Of a stretch of 64,000 nucleotides of DNA, positions 36,001 to 47,900 are shown piece after piece (the first letter of the stretch is position 1; each line of letters begins with the position of its first letter). The DNA is from Phallusia mammillata. Taxonomy: Eukaryota. The position numbers and the translations under genes are program-made. Location: the NCBI GenBank assembly GCA_965637545.1, contig OZ281499.1, positions 9,858,001 through 9,922,000 of the forward strand. Direction: 5' to 3'. The notes beneath the pieces were generated by a model that was given only the letters and a program-made list of their open reading frames with translations, made no database searches and was not told where the DNA came from.

Positions 36001-39000
36001 ACAATCGTTAAGATAATAACGACTGGAGTGACCCCAGGTTAAAAAGGAAAAAGCTTATGTGATCCGAACTACGTTAACAACAATATGTAATATTAGTAAC
36101 ACTAAGTGATAATTTCTGCAACACTAATAATAAAAGTAATCTGTTACAGCACCTTCATGTCGACCTCGCCCAAGTCCTGCTAATGGAGGCAGCTCTTACT
36201 GTTTCATCGATGATCGAAACATGCAGATGTGTGAATACACTTGCCCCGCCGAATCTGTTGTCATACCAGTTTGCGCCTCCGCCACCTGCTTGGATTTTGA
36301 TCCTCCAATTACAGCCACTTGCGTCGCTAACGATACTTGGAATTTAGAGGTTCCCTACTGTCAAAAAGGTTGGTTTAAGCATCATCAGAAAACCAAAAAT
36401 GTGTAATGCAATCTGTGGGTCACTGCTTGTAGAAATGGTAAAGCTGCAGCGTGTATATAATATCATCTATCCACCGCCCGCTACTTTTTCACGTTTACCA
36501 TCTGTACTTTGTGAGGCTATTTCCGGCTTTAGTGTATTGCAATTGTGCTGCTACGATTAATTGCAACCGGCGAAATTAACTCAACTCAACTGAAGGCAAC
36601 CAAATCAGAACAAAGTAGTTTTAAAAATTACTCTACAAATCTAACAATGTGCCACATAGTTTTAACTCATTTCGGACAAATAAAAGGGTGGGACTGCTTT
36701 TCAACAGTTGCATGGCAATTTGTTTCTTCAAGCTACAGATACAATGTCAGTGGGCAAACTCGACACATGCGAAAAGTAAAAAAAAATAGCTTTAACAAAA
36801 CTTTTAAAACTTTTTAAACTTGTCGAAACTTTTTAAACTGTATATGGCTAACTTTTTCGACAACACTTAACTGGTTGTCTATTCTTCGACGAACGCATAA
36901 CTGCCGGAATAGTGTGACTGAATTATGGTGACCTCGATCTTTAACGCAAAACCTTCCCAACTATCCCGGTTGTATCTTAGTACCCGAGGCTACCTCCCTA
37001 ATTCGTAAAACGGTCCAAGACCCTGCACTAACGGCTTACCGCTAAAACCAATTGTTACAACGGTGACTTCACTACTGGCTAAATAATATATATTATGATG
37101 AATAAAACCTTTGAAAAGTACTTTTCAATCACATTACGTTACACCATACCACACAGCAGCACAACAGCACCAAAAACAAAGCGCACACTTCTCCAGGGCC
37201 AGGAGAAAACTGGTGCACAAACAGAGGAACCACTACCACATCACATGCCTCTAGCAAAGTAACCAATCACGACGCGCCACGGGAAATCACTAAAGCGGGG
37301 ATGCGTTCGAATTTTACCGGCGTTAACATACAAAAAACTATTAAGTGAAAAAGGGTGAAAATGTAACACAAGAAAACAAAAGCGGAAAAACAAGAAGTGA
37401 AAGGAAAAACGTGAAAATAAATATGTCCAAACAAATTATACGAGAAAACAAAACAAAAAAACATACATTTATAGGTAAGTAAGATTATTGTGGAAAATAA
37501 GTGCAATAACTAGATGTTAAGTAAGCGTGAGAACAAAGGTGAGACATTAACAGTGAATAACGAAACTAAGTGAACACCGGTTAACGTTACATTAGAAGAT
37601 ATAACTGATCATATTCCGGTTTCCCAGTAATGATGTTGGCTTTATGCTGCAGAAATTTCGTGCATGCCATTTCATGCTCCTAAGGAGATCAGTCGTTCAT
37701 CCTATTGTGTAAGAGGAGATGTTAAGTGGGAGCTATATCCAGATCAAACCTACACTGATTTGAAAAACGGCACCATGTGCTCTGTGGCCTGCTGGTCAGG
37801 TTATAACGCTGAGCCACAATCAGTTGTTTCTTGTCTAAGCACTGGCGAATGGAATTTGGAGCAACCAAAGTGCAAAAAGCCAGGTATAATTACAGTTTTA
37901 TGTTTCACTCACCTAGGAAACTGTTTTAGGCAGTGGTTCACAAACTTTTTCTGATTCCGTATACCACTTTGCGTCGTCAGGGCTAATGGCTTGGGATTCA
38001 ATAGCACTTGGAAACTTAATTGTATGTGTACATTCAGTAATACCTATATTTAATAAATGCCAAAATACGGTGCAAAAGTGAAAGTAAAGCGCTATGTTAG
38101 CCAACTTTATTGGTCTCTCTACCACAAGTTGAGAACTACTGGTTTGAGGCATTTATAATCCAACAAATCAAAAAATTTACTATATGATAAAACATCATAA
38201 CTTAGAATACAGATCATTCAAAGCTACATGCTGTGATGTGCAATGTTTTTCACACAGCACACAATTTTACCGATGTTAAAGTGTTTGATGTTTTCTGTTT
38301 ATTGATTGCTAATTCAAAATGAAGGCACATTGTTTCAACACAGTTTTAGAATGTGTTTTTGCTGTGACGAAAGTCTAGGCTGGTGCTGTAAAGTTTGTAC
38401 AGTGTAACAGTGTAAACCATAGTGTTTTCAATTATAATCTAGTAAGAATCTAGTAACATTTTACCGCATTTTTAACAGTGTGTCCGCATTTGAAACTTCC
38501 TAACTACGTTTCGGCCAAATGTAACGATGACAATGTGGTGGGTTCGGAGTGCAAATTTTCGTGTACACACGGAAGACAGATGACGGTAAGTAGTATTTCA
38601 CAGTACAAAGATCCCTTGTTGTCGCATTTAAACTTTATTAAAAGTTTATTAACATTTTTCAGGGTCCCAAAACTGCAGCTTGTCTAAACAGCAGGACCTG
38701 GTCTTCTGACACCCCGAGTTGTCAATGCCCACGCTGCAAAACAGGTCCTAATTGTGAATATACAACCAGTTGGAGGCAGATAGCAAGTAACCTTGGTTCT
38801 AACAACAAGGTAAGCTCTCAACGTCTATGTTTCAATACCTCATATCCTGTATTTGCAATTGCTAATAAGCCCTATAGGGCCAATTACAATGTAACGCCAA
38901 TTACATTTATTGCATTAAAAATCTTACAAATAGATATTGTAGTAACTAGACCCAAAACCGTAATAACCGAAATTTTGATGTTTTATATCCAATTACAAGG

Positions 39001-39635
39001 TCTTGCTGATGCAACTCGATATGGGTTAATTGTTTTACCGACAAAATACGTAGGTCAAATTCAAAATTATACTTGATGTTAAGAATAAAACTCGGCTAAG
39101 TTAACTTGATTTATATTAACATCCATCACCATAAATTAAACCTGATTCTTAATTCGGGAGATTTCACAAATATGCAGCATAATGATTGTTTTGTCGTTTT
39201 ATGTTTAAAACTCAGTGACAACAAATACAGGTGCCCATGTTAAAGTTTAAAATCACATTTAAAAACTATTTGTTATCTTAAAAACCTTTTATGTTTTAAG
39301 ACCTTTTCACGAAAAGAATTAGTCTGTTCTATCGCAAACTTTAATGTTCGAGAGCCTTCAAAAATTCATAAGATTCACCCCCCTTTATTTACCCCTTTTT
39401 ACCCCTGCAGATCAATTATGCCGGTCACGAAATTGTCTGCGAAAGTGACTTAGAATTTCTTCGTGGTCAATACAGATGCGAATGCTGGGGATTGGGAAGA
39501 CGAAAGAGGTGTGGGCTGTACGGCAGTGATGGTGGTTCTTGTGAACATTCATTATCATACTTTATTCGTGACTTAATGGCAGATGGCACTTTACCTGAGC
39601 CATGTGACAAAGATCATATGGCTACAGGCTGCTAA
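30067..39635 (+). CDS. Type II (inverted-topology) receptor pseudokinase (gene D): N-terminal pseudokinase, TM helix, 3 Sushi/CCP domains, EGF-like motif, Cys-rich tail; about 693 aa
   Basis: Exons 30067-30251, 30690-30827, 30910-31024, 31474-31575, 31834-31870, 31940-32048, 32382-32413, 34430-34518, 34671-34890, 35566-35691, 36150-36368, 37653-37883, 38479-38585, 38663-38809, 39411-39635 total 2082 nt, all phase-compatible with no internal stop. Kinase-fold motifs: LRHPNVQRFYGA, EYLHG...FHMNLRPKNVII, LTSFE, YLPPE, WDVYSYG. TM: VLAFLALLSVVIGVAVVYIGV. Sushi C..C..W..C patterns lie in the exons from 36150 to 38809. Confidence 0.8.
30293..30565. mobile_element. hAT MITE
   Basis: TIRs CAGAGTTGTA / TACAACTCTG; TSD GTTGTAAG / GTTGTAAC (7/8). 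Confidence 0.8.
32557..32829 (-). mobile_element. GIY-YIG endonuclease-like fragment (possible Penelope-like remnant) next to a hAT insertion
   Basis: KIYVGISPKNVTRNRLNEHQ resembles the Y(I/V)G...R...RL.EH core of GIY-YIG nucleases. The N-terminal GIY half was not seen. Confidence 0.4.
32858..34011. mobile_element. Non-autonomous hAT (Charlie/Buster-type) element in intron 7 of gene D
   Basis: TIRs CAGGGGTGGGCAAAC / GTTTGCCCACCCCTG; perfect TSD GTCTAGAC at 32850-32857 and 34012-34019. Confidence 0.92.
35398..35433 (+). ncRNA. Minimal type I hammerhead ribozyme motif (Penelope-type)
   Basis: CA-CTGATGA-T-GACAA-CAGAGA-TTGTC-GAAA-CGTC-TG: canonical core, 5-bp stem II, ACGU stem III, only 2 bp of immediate stem I. 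Confidence 0.6.
36800..37500 (-). repeat. Dispersed repeat of unknown class (copy 2)
   Basis: The core at 37009-37042 matches 29101-29134, with a similar compositional layout. Boundaries are approximate. Confidence 0.4.
37931..38141. mobile_element. hAT MITE
   Basis: CAGTGGTTCACAAACT / AGTTGAGAACTACTG; TSD GTTTTAGG / GTTTGAGG (7/8). Confidence 0.8.
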
Positions 39636-39961
39636 GTACAAACCTATTTTGTATATATTGAGTTGGACCAAAAAAAGTTCCACATTGCATTGTATAATTA
39701 AGGGTAATTTTTTTTCCATAAAACCTAAACTTAACCAAATGTTGTAGTTTTGTCGTTGCTATAACGTTCAAGTCACGTTTAAAATCATCTCTTTTGGACG
39801 CCTGCCATGTAAAGCATTAGCCAAATATGTATTTTGGCAATATTTCCTTAACACTATTGTGACTGCATTTGCAGCGTAGTTTACCAAAAAATGTCACTAT
39901 ATGTTGCGCCTTATGTCGTCTTTATAAACCTAATGTTTTGTCTTACGAATATCAGCTAGTA

Positions 39962-40177
39962 CAATGGTTCTCAACTGGTCGTCCATGATGACTTTTTTGG
40001 TGGTCCACAGGACGTCAACTAAATTTGTTAATAAACTAGAGATAATTACATATTACATATTGAAAGAGTATCAAAATGTTAGCTGTTAATAATTGTGTCT
40101 CACTTCTTTAAAATTGGTTTTAAGCCTCAAAGGTTAATTGTTTCGTATGCATACTTAAAACGAGTTGAGAACCACTG
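39962..40177. mobile_element. hAT MITE
   Basis: CAATGGTTCTCAACT / AGTTGAGAACCACTG; TSD AGCTAGTA / AACTAGTA (7/8). Confidence 0.82.
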
Positions 40178-41558
40178 AACTAGTAATTGTGTCTCATTTA
40201 TTTCACACGATAGCCGTAAGGACCCGCGTGAGTTCTATTTTGTTGAGTTGCCTATCCTGAAGTAAAGTACAACGCCACTGCATTTTATATGGTTAGAAAT
40301 ATATTTAGAAAAAGACCAGTTACAGCACATAAAGCAGTATACGCATAGAGACATGAAATACTGCGATCTTCAAATTAAACGCAAAAATGCACAGTGAAGT
40401 GTTTTACTCCAAACTGTTACACATCATATTTACTAAACACCAGCAATATTTGAAAAAAGAGAGAGAAAGGCAATTACTCGAAAGAAGAAGTGGTCAGTTA
40501 CACTCGACTTGGCACCGATAATTTTAATGGGGCTAAATTAGCAGTTCTACATTGCGTGCAATTGCGTGCAAACCAACTACTACAAAATCGCGTGTGAAAG
40601 ACTTAAAACAAAACAAGATACATTTACCTAGAGATGCTGATTTGACAAATGCACCTTATCTACATAACCGAATATAAAAGGGATGAGGGTTCCGAACGTT
40701 TGTGACGTTTGTGGCTATTTGTGTGACCAAGTTCTTGACGGTTAATTTAAACGTTTCTTTGACTTATATAGCGTGTTATGTCATAAAATGACGCAACACT
40801 ATATAGACCGGTCAATAGAAAGGGTGTTTATATTTCAATAGTTACCACAAGTCAAACCACAAAGTAAGCATATATACAATAGAACCATAGGATTTTTGTA
40901 CTTTAGTTTAACGACTTTCATAACTATACTAAATTTGACGAGCCATTAAAATTGTTTTTGTTTGTTTTTTACTTTTTAATGTATTTCCCAAAAAGAAGCT
41001 CAATTAGTTTAAACATTTTTGCTTGGAGTATGTCTTTACATTTATACAATTACAAGTTCGAAGTGTAGAAGTACATTTTAAACTGAATTAGTTTGGACTG
41101 TGGTGTTAATGTGGGAAATGAAACAGTTATGCGAAGGCGCAAAGATATGGATATTAAATTGGCACACTTAAATCTGCAAAACGAAAATACATAACGGGCC
41201 CTGATTGGTCAGAACAAGGTTGTGAACGGGCCTAACTCTGCAGCCCGAACCCGACTTGTTAGTTTGATTGACAGGCCTATGCACCTTGAACCCCAGGAAA
41301 GATCAAGACAATAACTTAATATACAATAACAGACAATTTACCTTTTGAACAAGGCGTTTTTGGACTGTTTGACAGTAGGTCAGGTTAAGCAATTGGCTAC
41401 TTAGCTAGTTACTTTTTTATATAATACTGACACATAGTGTAAAGCCAGGCCCGAATGTAGCATTTAATCCTGAACCCGGTCCGAACCCGGACGGAACCGC
41501 CCGAGCACGCCCTGGAAAGTCCGGTCCGACCTGCAACTCTGGGCTAGAACACTTAGAT

Positions 41559-41778
41559 TAGTGGTTACCAACCTTTTTGTAGTCGCAGAGCCCTTTTATA
41601 AATTTTATAAGTCTGCGGACCCCCAATGTAATTTACCGTAAGTATTTTTTTATGTTTTATGTTTCTTGCATTATATTTTTTTGGTTAATGATACTTAAAA
41701 AAGCTTGCCTTCACGGACCTCCTAAAACCATCTCACGGACCCCCCGGGGGTCCGCGAACCCCAGGTTGGGAACCACTG
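41559..41778. mobile_element. hAT MITE
   Basis: TAGTGGTTACCAACC / GGTTGGGAACCACTG; perfect TSD ACTTAGAT. Confidence 0.88.
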
Positions 41779-41835
41779 ACTTAGATATTCACCAACTGGA
41801 ATACTCGATCGGCTCTGTTAAGTTTACACACTTAC

Positions 41836-44113
41836 TCTGAATCTTCCTTAATGGTTTCTTGATGACCGATAAAATCATATTCGAAATCGCAATAATGACA
41901 AAGGTCGGAAAACTTTTTCCAGTGTTGGTCTCTTGTGGCTAAAACGTTCGAGTTTGCTCTCACAAGAAATTTCACGAATGTGCTAAATGAGGGAATCTTT
42001 TGACCTGCAAAAAAGGTAGCAGTATTTATATATTTTCATTTATTTTTGGGTTCTTAGTAAGAGCAGATTAGAGCAAGTTTGGAACCTATGGCTTGCAAAT
42101 CTTAAAATCGATTTATAACTGCGTATGGCTCATACCCTCTTAGTTTTCATTTTGTAAAACCATAAGTAACCAGTAATTAATTTGTGTATTGAGTTCTTTG
42201 AGTAAAACAAAAAGGAAAGACTACTTGAGACTCCAAATCAGCGGTATTTCGCTGCCCCGCAAGTATAATGTTTATGTCCAAGTTTCCCTGTTGGTTTCGT
42301 TTCATTTTCAAGGCAAATAAACCAACCTAAACGAATTTTAACATTTTGTGTGAAAATGCTGACGGCTATGGTTATTTAGGTTGGATGAGGCTAAAAGATA
42401 ACAATAAAGCTAACTGAAAAACTTGGTTCCTAACCTTCATTAGTTCCAAAGGCTACAATAAGTTAATTGTGGTTTTTGTGGCCTTAGGAATTCAGAAAAC
42501 TTTAGTGATTTTAGTTAATATATATAAAACATAGGCGTATTTAAAGGAAACGCTAAAAATACATAGCTCTTCCTTTGAATATACCTATGTTTAAAATATC
42601 AACCACTCCAAGAAATGACTATAGACGATATAGTAAAAGGGTCAACAGTTTCCTACCGTTATACTCGGGGTCGCTTTCATCACCAAATAGTTTTTGTATC
42701 TCCTGTCCCGCTTTAGAAAAGGGCGAATGCTCTATTTTAGATCTGTATGCCGAAATTAAACGTTCCATCGGCTCGCGGACGATCGTCATTTTTAACCAAT
42801 CAGGATCAGTCAGTCGATGTACTTTTTCCTCACCTCTTACTTGATATTTCTCGAAAAACAATGCTTCCTGAGAAAAAAATGCGATTAGTCAGTACTTTTA
42901 ATAATTTAAAGACCTCCTCTTGATCGTGCTTACATAGTTTATATTCGTATTTAAAACCTGTGCTGTAAAACTCTGTTTGCCAGCATATTCTTTCGACTGA
43001 ATGCAAAATCACGTAGGCTAATATGTTTTAAACTAAGAGCAAACATAATTACAAAAGGAAAAATCATAAAAATAACAAATAGGCTTTTAATAACTTAAAA
43101 TCTTGAAACAAGTGACAACTAAATACATCAAACATGATTCCTTTTAAGTCTGAAAAGAGGCGTTTCCAATTGGTGATTCCTGTTTTCGGTATTTGACACA
43201 CTACGGTCTTATACTCTGAAACCGTAAGCAAAAATTCCCGTATCTTTTTCCAGTTGTGTTGAAGTCCTGTCAAAAATAACACAAAAAAGGTACATAAAAA
43301 GTGGTTTCTACTGCAACTGAGCAAAACGTGTATTGAGATTTTTAGATACCCTAGACCAGTGTTTCCCAGCCTTATTTACTGTGCTACCCCCTTTAGAGGT
43401 TTTCTAACACAACGCGACGCCCATCAGAATGTGTTCATACATTTACTAACAAATTTCGTACAAAAAACCCTAAAATTGTGGTTATGGCTCATGTCACTAT
43501 AAGCTTTCAAGTAGTCTGCAGGAAAGTTTTTATGATACGGAGAAAATGATTCTGAAAAGGATTGCGTCTTCGCGAACCCTTCAAAACTGCTTGGCGACCC
43601 CGCTACCCCCAGATTGAGAAACAATGCCCTAGATTTAACAAACTAACATTATTTGTATTTTACCTAACGTTTTGCATTTTTTTTGGATTCTTGCTTTTCG
43701 CTCATCCATCCTAACCTTCATTCTTTCCATAAATAGTGCTTCAGTTTCTCCGATTTGCAAAGCTCCTTCTGATTTGGATTGGTCTTCTTCCATTTTGATG
43801 TCTTTATCAATGAACACAGTCTGCTTTAATAGCACAGGCTTACCCATCGCTTGTTCTGTTACTGCAGGCATCTTCAAAGCAGGCGCTTCTAAAGTAGGAC
43901 CTTCCAACTTGCGGTTTTGTAATTCAGAATTTGTGTTTTCTTCTGTTACCTGATTTGATTCAAATGTTTCGAACACGGACTCGTCTTTGACAACAGAGCC
44001 TTTATATTCTGTAATGTCAGGTGGAGCAAGTTGATCAAACTATTGTAATATGCTAACATAAGTACATAAGCTCCAGCAATTATGGTCAATAAACGAATAA
44101 TTGTCCTTTTCAT
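41836..44113 (-). pseudogene. Carbohydrate sulfotransferase (HNK-1/CHST8-14 family) copy 1, frameshifted and lacking the last exon
   Basis: Exons 44113-43664, 43266-43127 (CQIPKTGITNWK, the 5'-PSB motif), 42867-42657 (VREPMERLISAYRSK, the 3'-PB motif), 42004-41836 (DQHW...LC..C...YDFIG). A 1-nt deletion near 44036 (AAT AGT TT- GAT CAA; copy 2 reads YYSSFDI) shifts the frame. No match to the terminal exon was found in 39.7-41.8 kb. Confidence 0.8.
43357..43626. mobile_element. hAT MITE
   Basis: CAGTGTTTCCCAGCC / TTGAGAAACAATG; TSD CCCTAGAC / CCCTAGAT (7/8). Confidence 0.8.
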
Positions 44114-44945
44114 TGTACACTTAACAGTTTTTCCAAACATAAATAAATCTGAAATCATAAAACTGTGTAGATCGTGTAGAACTGTATATTATTTAAAAAC
44201 ATGCAGGCAAATTAGATAAGCTATTAATTAACAATGTACTAAAAAACAACCTAAAAGTCAAAAAGCTCACAGTCAAACAGAATTAAAGCGGGCAGTTATA
44301 TCGTAGCTATTGAAACTTCCTGCACTAAACAGTTTTGTCTACACGTTCACCCACTGCGCACCAATCCCCAATACAGCCACCTCATGCTTTATACAGAATT
44401 TATCTGTAGCAGGTAACCTGTAAGTTTGTCATCTGTTGCACAGATATTCGCACAACACAGATTGGTTATCATCTCCTGTCAAAACGATGGCACGTAAATC
44501 GCCTACAATACTTGCTTTGTTGCGAGCCCTATTGTTGTCTAATTTAATATACTGTACATAGGTTACCAGCATTTGTTTGAGGAAGTATAGTAACATTTTC
44601 TAAATATCTGCTACAACCTGGCATTTTTGCCTTATATTGGCCACGTAACTTCCTATTAACAAAAGAAAAGCAAAAAAAAAAAATATAAACGTATTTTTTC
44701 AATTATGAGCTGTTGCTCACATAAATCATCAGCTCCTAATCATACATTGGTAGTTGTTTATTCTGCATTACAAGGTTTTACAATAATGATATCTCAAAAT
44801 TTTATTAAAACAAGACTTGATTTGTATTTTGCTTGTTGAAATAAAACATGAACTCAATTAATCAATGACAAATTAACTACAAAAACTGCATATATAAGTT
44901 CAAAGAAATAAAAAATAACTGACTGATTTATTGTCCTAAACTTCA

Positions 44946-47900
44946 TTAAACCACCAAAGTTCTATTTTGGCTTTCACTGAACAGTTGGTCGAGCCATGAC
45001 GGTCGAGGATAATCAAATAAAATGTATTCGTCCTTCAGCATCTCGTAGAGTTCCAGTACCAGCTCACGTGGTTTTACTGTAGAGTAATAGCGATAGGCAG
45101 TTTCGTCATCAGTTCTGGTTCGGTAACCGGGTTTTAGTGAAAACTGCCTTGGCGCGCCAACGAGTCGCAAAAAGTATCTGAAAAAAAAGTTTACTAAATC
45201 CATTAGTCTGAGAGGCGATTGGTAGGACCACAAGACACACACTTGTACAAATACGAACCAAATAATCTCAACCTTGTGTCAATGCTATAATTATTATCTT
45301 TAAAATATTTTTTTAACCCAAAGCCAATTTATGAAACCAGAAGTTTTAAGACTTTAAGTACATTTGAAACTAAATTGTATGGACTGCAATGTAAATGTGG
45401 AAATCAAGCTGTTTGTGGTAGACGCAAAGAAATGTGTATGGCAGTGATTCTCAAACTGTGTGCTGTGTGAGATTACCAAGTTTGCCGCAAAATATTTTCT
45501 ATTTTAAAGTGCAAACATTCCCGGGTGTTTTAGGACTTAATAGCGAAATACTGGAATGCATGGCAAAGATGCAGAGCTAATATTTTTGTTATTGTTATTA
45601 AAAAGCATCCTCACCTACCACAATGAAGTTTAAAATAAACATTCTTTGTTTGTTTATGTTTACCGCGAAGCGTGTCGTGGAAAAAGTTAAGTAAGTTAGT
45701 TTAACACGCCGCATGCTGAAAGTTTGAGAAACACTAGTGTATGGTATTAACATACAGGCAACTACCTAATGGGCTCTGTTAAGTTTACACACTTACTCTG
45801 AATCTTCCTCAATGGTTTCCTGGCGACCGATAAAATCGTATTCGAAATCGCAAAAATGACACAGGTCGGAAAATTTTGACCAGTGTTGGTCTCTTTTGGC
45901 TGAAACGCTTGAATTTGCTTTCACAAGAAATTTCACAAATGTGCTAAATGTGGGATAGTTTTGACCTGCAAAAAAGTGTAAAACTATTACCTATTTTTTC
46001 CATTTTATTTCTGGTGCCTAATGACAGTAGATTAGAGCATGGGTCGGGAGGCTCGCGAGCTTGTTACTTTGATACAGTGGTTCCCAAAGTATGCGCCGCG
46101 GCACACTGGTGTGCCGCGAGATGTCATTAGGTGTGCCGCAAAAAATATTGAAATTAAAATCAATCAAGTAGAGTAGTAGTATACCAGGTGCTTAGACCAC
46201 TAGGCCAACATGCTCCATGTCTCTGAGATGTTCAACTAGACCAGAGGTTCTTTTTTTGTTGCGACGCCCCTGGAAAAGTTTTCTGGACTTGCGACGCACC
46301 AGCAAATAAAAGTTAATGAGGAAACTTATTATTAAAGTTATGTTTATTGATACAACAACAAAAAGCCACGAAACGTTTCTGCGACGCCCTTGAAAAACTG
46401 AAACGACGGGCGTCGAGGCGTCGCGACGCACAGTTTGAGAACTACTGAACTAGGCTATTTAACTATGAGAGTGACCTGCATAGCGGCTTTATGACCTCAT
46501 AGTGCCTTTGTCAGCTAATTTGCTGTGCCATTTTAAACTGAAATAAAAAATTGAAATATATTTTTTATTCAAATGTTCGTAGTGCGCCAAATAATGTTTT
46601 TTCTAAAATGCGCGGGAACCACTGCTTTAATACAAAGTAATAAAAAGTCAATCGATATACTGAATTCTTTCTGTAAAACAATATTCTAAACAAATACTAG
46701 TCTGTGTTACTTTAGCATAGTTAAACTCTAAATTTGTTGTTCTTAAATTTGAAAAAAACAGGACTTAGAAACGACTAGAGAAGGTACAGTTTAAAGTTTA
46801 CAAAACACATTTCTTACTTTTGTAGTCGGGGTCGCTTTTGTCACCAAACTCTTTTTGTATCACCCGTGCCACTTGAGTAGTATGCGGAGGCTTTATTTTT
46901 GATCTGTATGCTGAAATAAGACGTTCCATCGGCTCGCGCACGACCGTCATTTTTAGCCAATCAGGATCAGTCAGTCGACGTACTTTTTCGTCGCCACTCA
47001 CTTGATATTTCACGAAAAACGATTGTTCCTGTGGAAAATAAAAACTTTAGTAGTAGATCAAAACCACCAACAGCATGGCGTAAACTGACGATCACTGTTT
47101 GCCTTTTTAAATTAAATACAGTAAAACTAATGGACAATAAAATCCTTGGTAAAACAGAATCAGTCGGTTAAAGTTGGTTCAGGTAGCTTTGGCAGTTAGT
47201 AACAACATTCTCTTGTTTAATTGCTATACTGCTTCACTTTTATATCGATTTGTGTTTCGATTTCCAGGAACTGATGATGCCACATATGCGAAATATATAT
47301 TCCTTTATTTGAACCGACTGATTCTGTTTTACCAAGGATTTTATCGTCTATTGGTTTTACTGTATTCCTATGGTAAATATTGCGATTAGTTAATATTTTT
47401 AGTTTCTTATGTTTATTTTTATTTTTAGTTAAGGAACTTATTCTATTCTTGTTTGCATTTGGGCATATTAAAAACATGTGGTGCAAAACTATTTGTATCA
47501 GTATTTTCCCAAAATAGCTATTTGTTTTGACTGTATGCGAAATCATCGGTGTAACAAGTTTTGTCAGGGCTGGGGTCATTACAAAATAGAATATTATTAA
47601 TACAACAAATAAATTTATTTGATAACCTAAAATTTTGAAACAGGTGACAATTAAATACATTAAAATTAATTCCTTTTAAGTCTGAATAGAGTCGTTTCCA
47701 ATTGGTGATTCCCGTTTTCGGTATTTGACACATTATCGTCTTGTACTCAGAAACCGTAAGCAAAAAATCCCGTATCTTTTTCCAGTTGTGTTGAAGTCCT
47801 GGCCAAAAATATTTGATATAGTTGTGATATGATATGAACAACGATACTTAAAAAACTGTTTTTTAGTAGAGATGTACCGAATATTCGGTTTGCCGAATTT

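Noticed and set aside
38998-39050. Possible extra exon of gene D (GLADATRYGLIVLPTKY)
   Set aside because: It needs a phase-1 start but the upstream exon ends in phase 0; read in phase 0 it hits a stop. Left out of the model.
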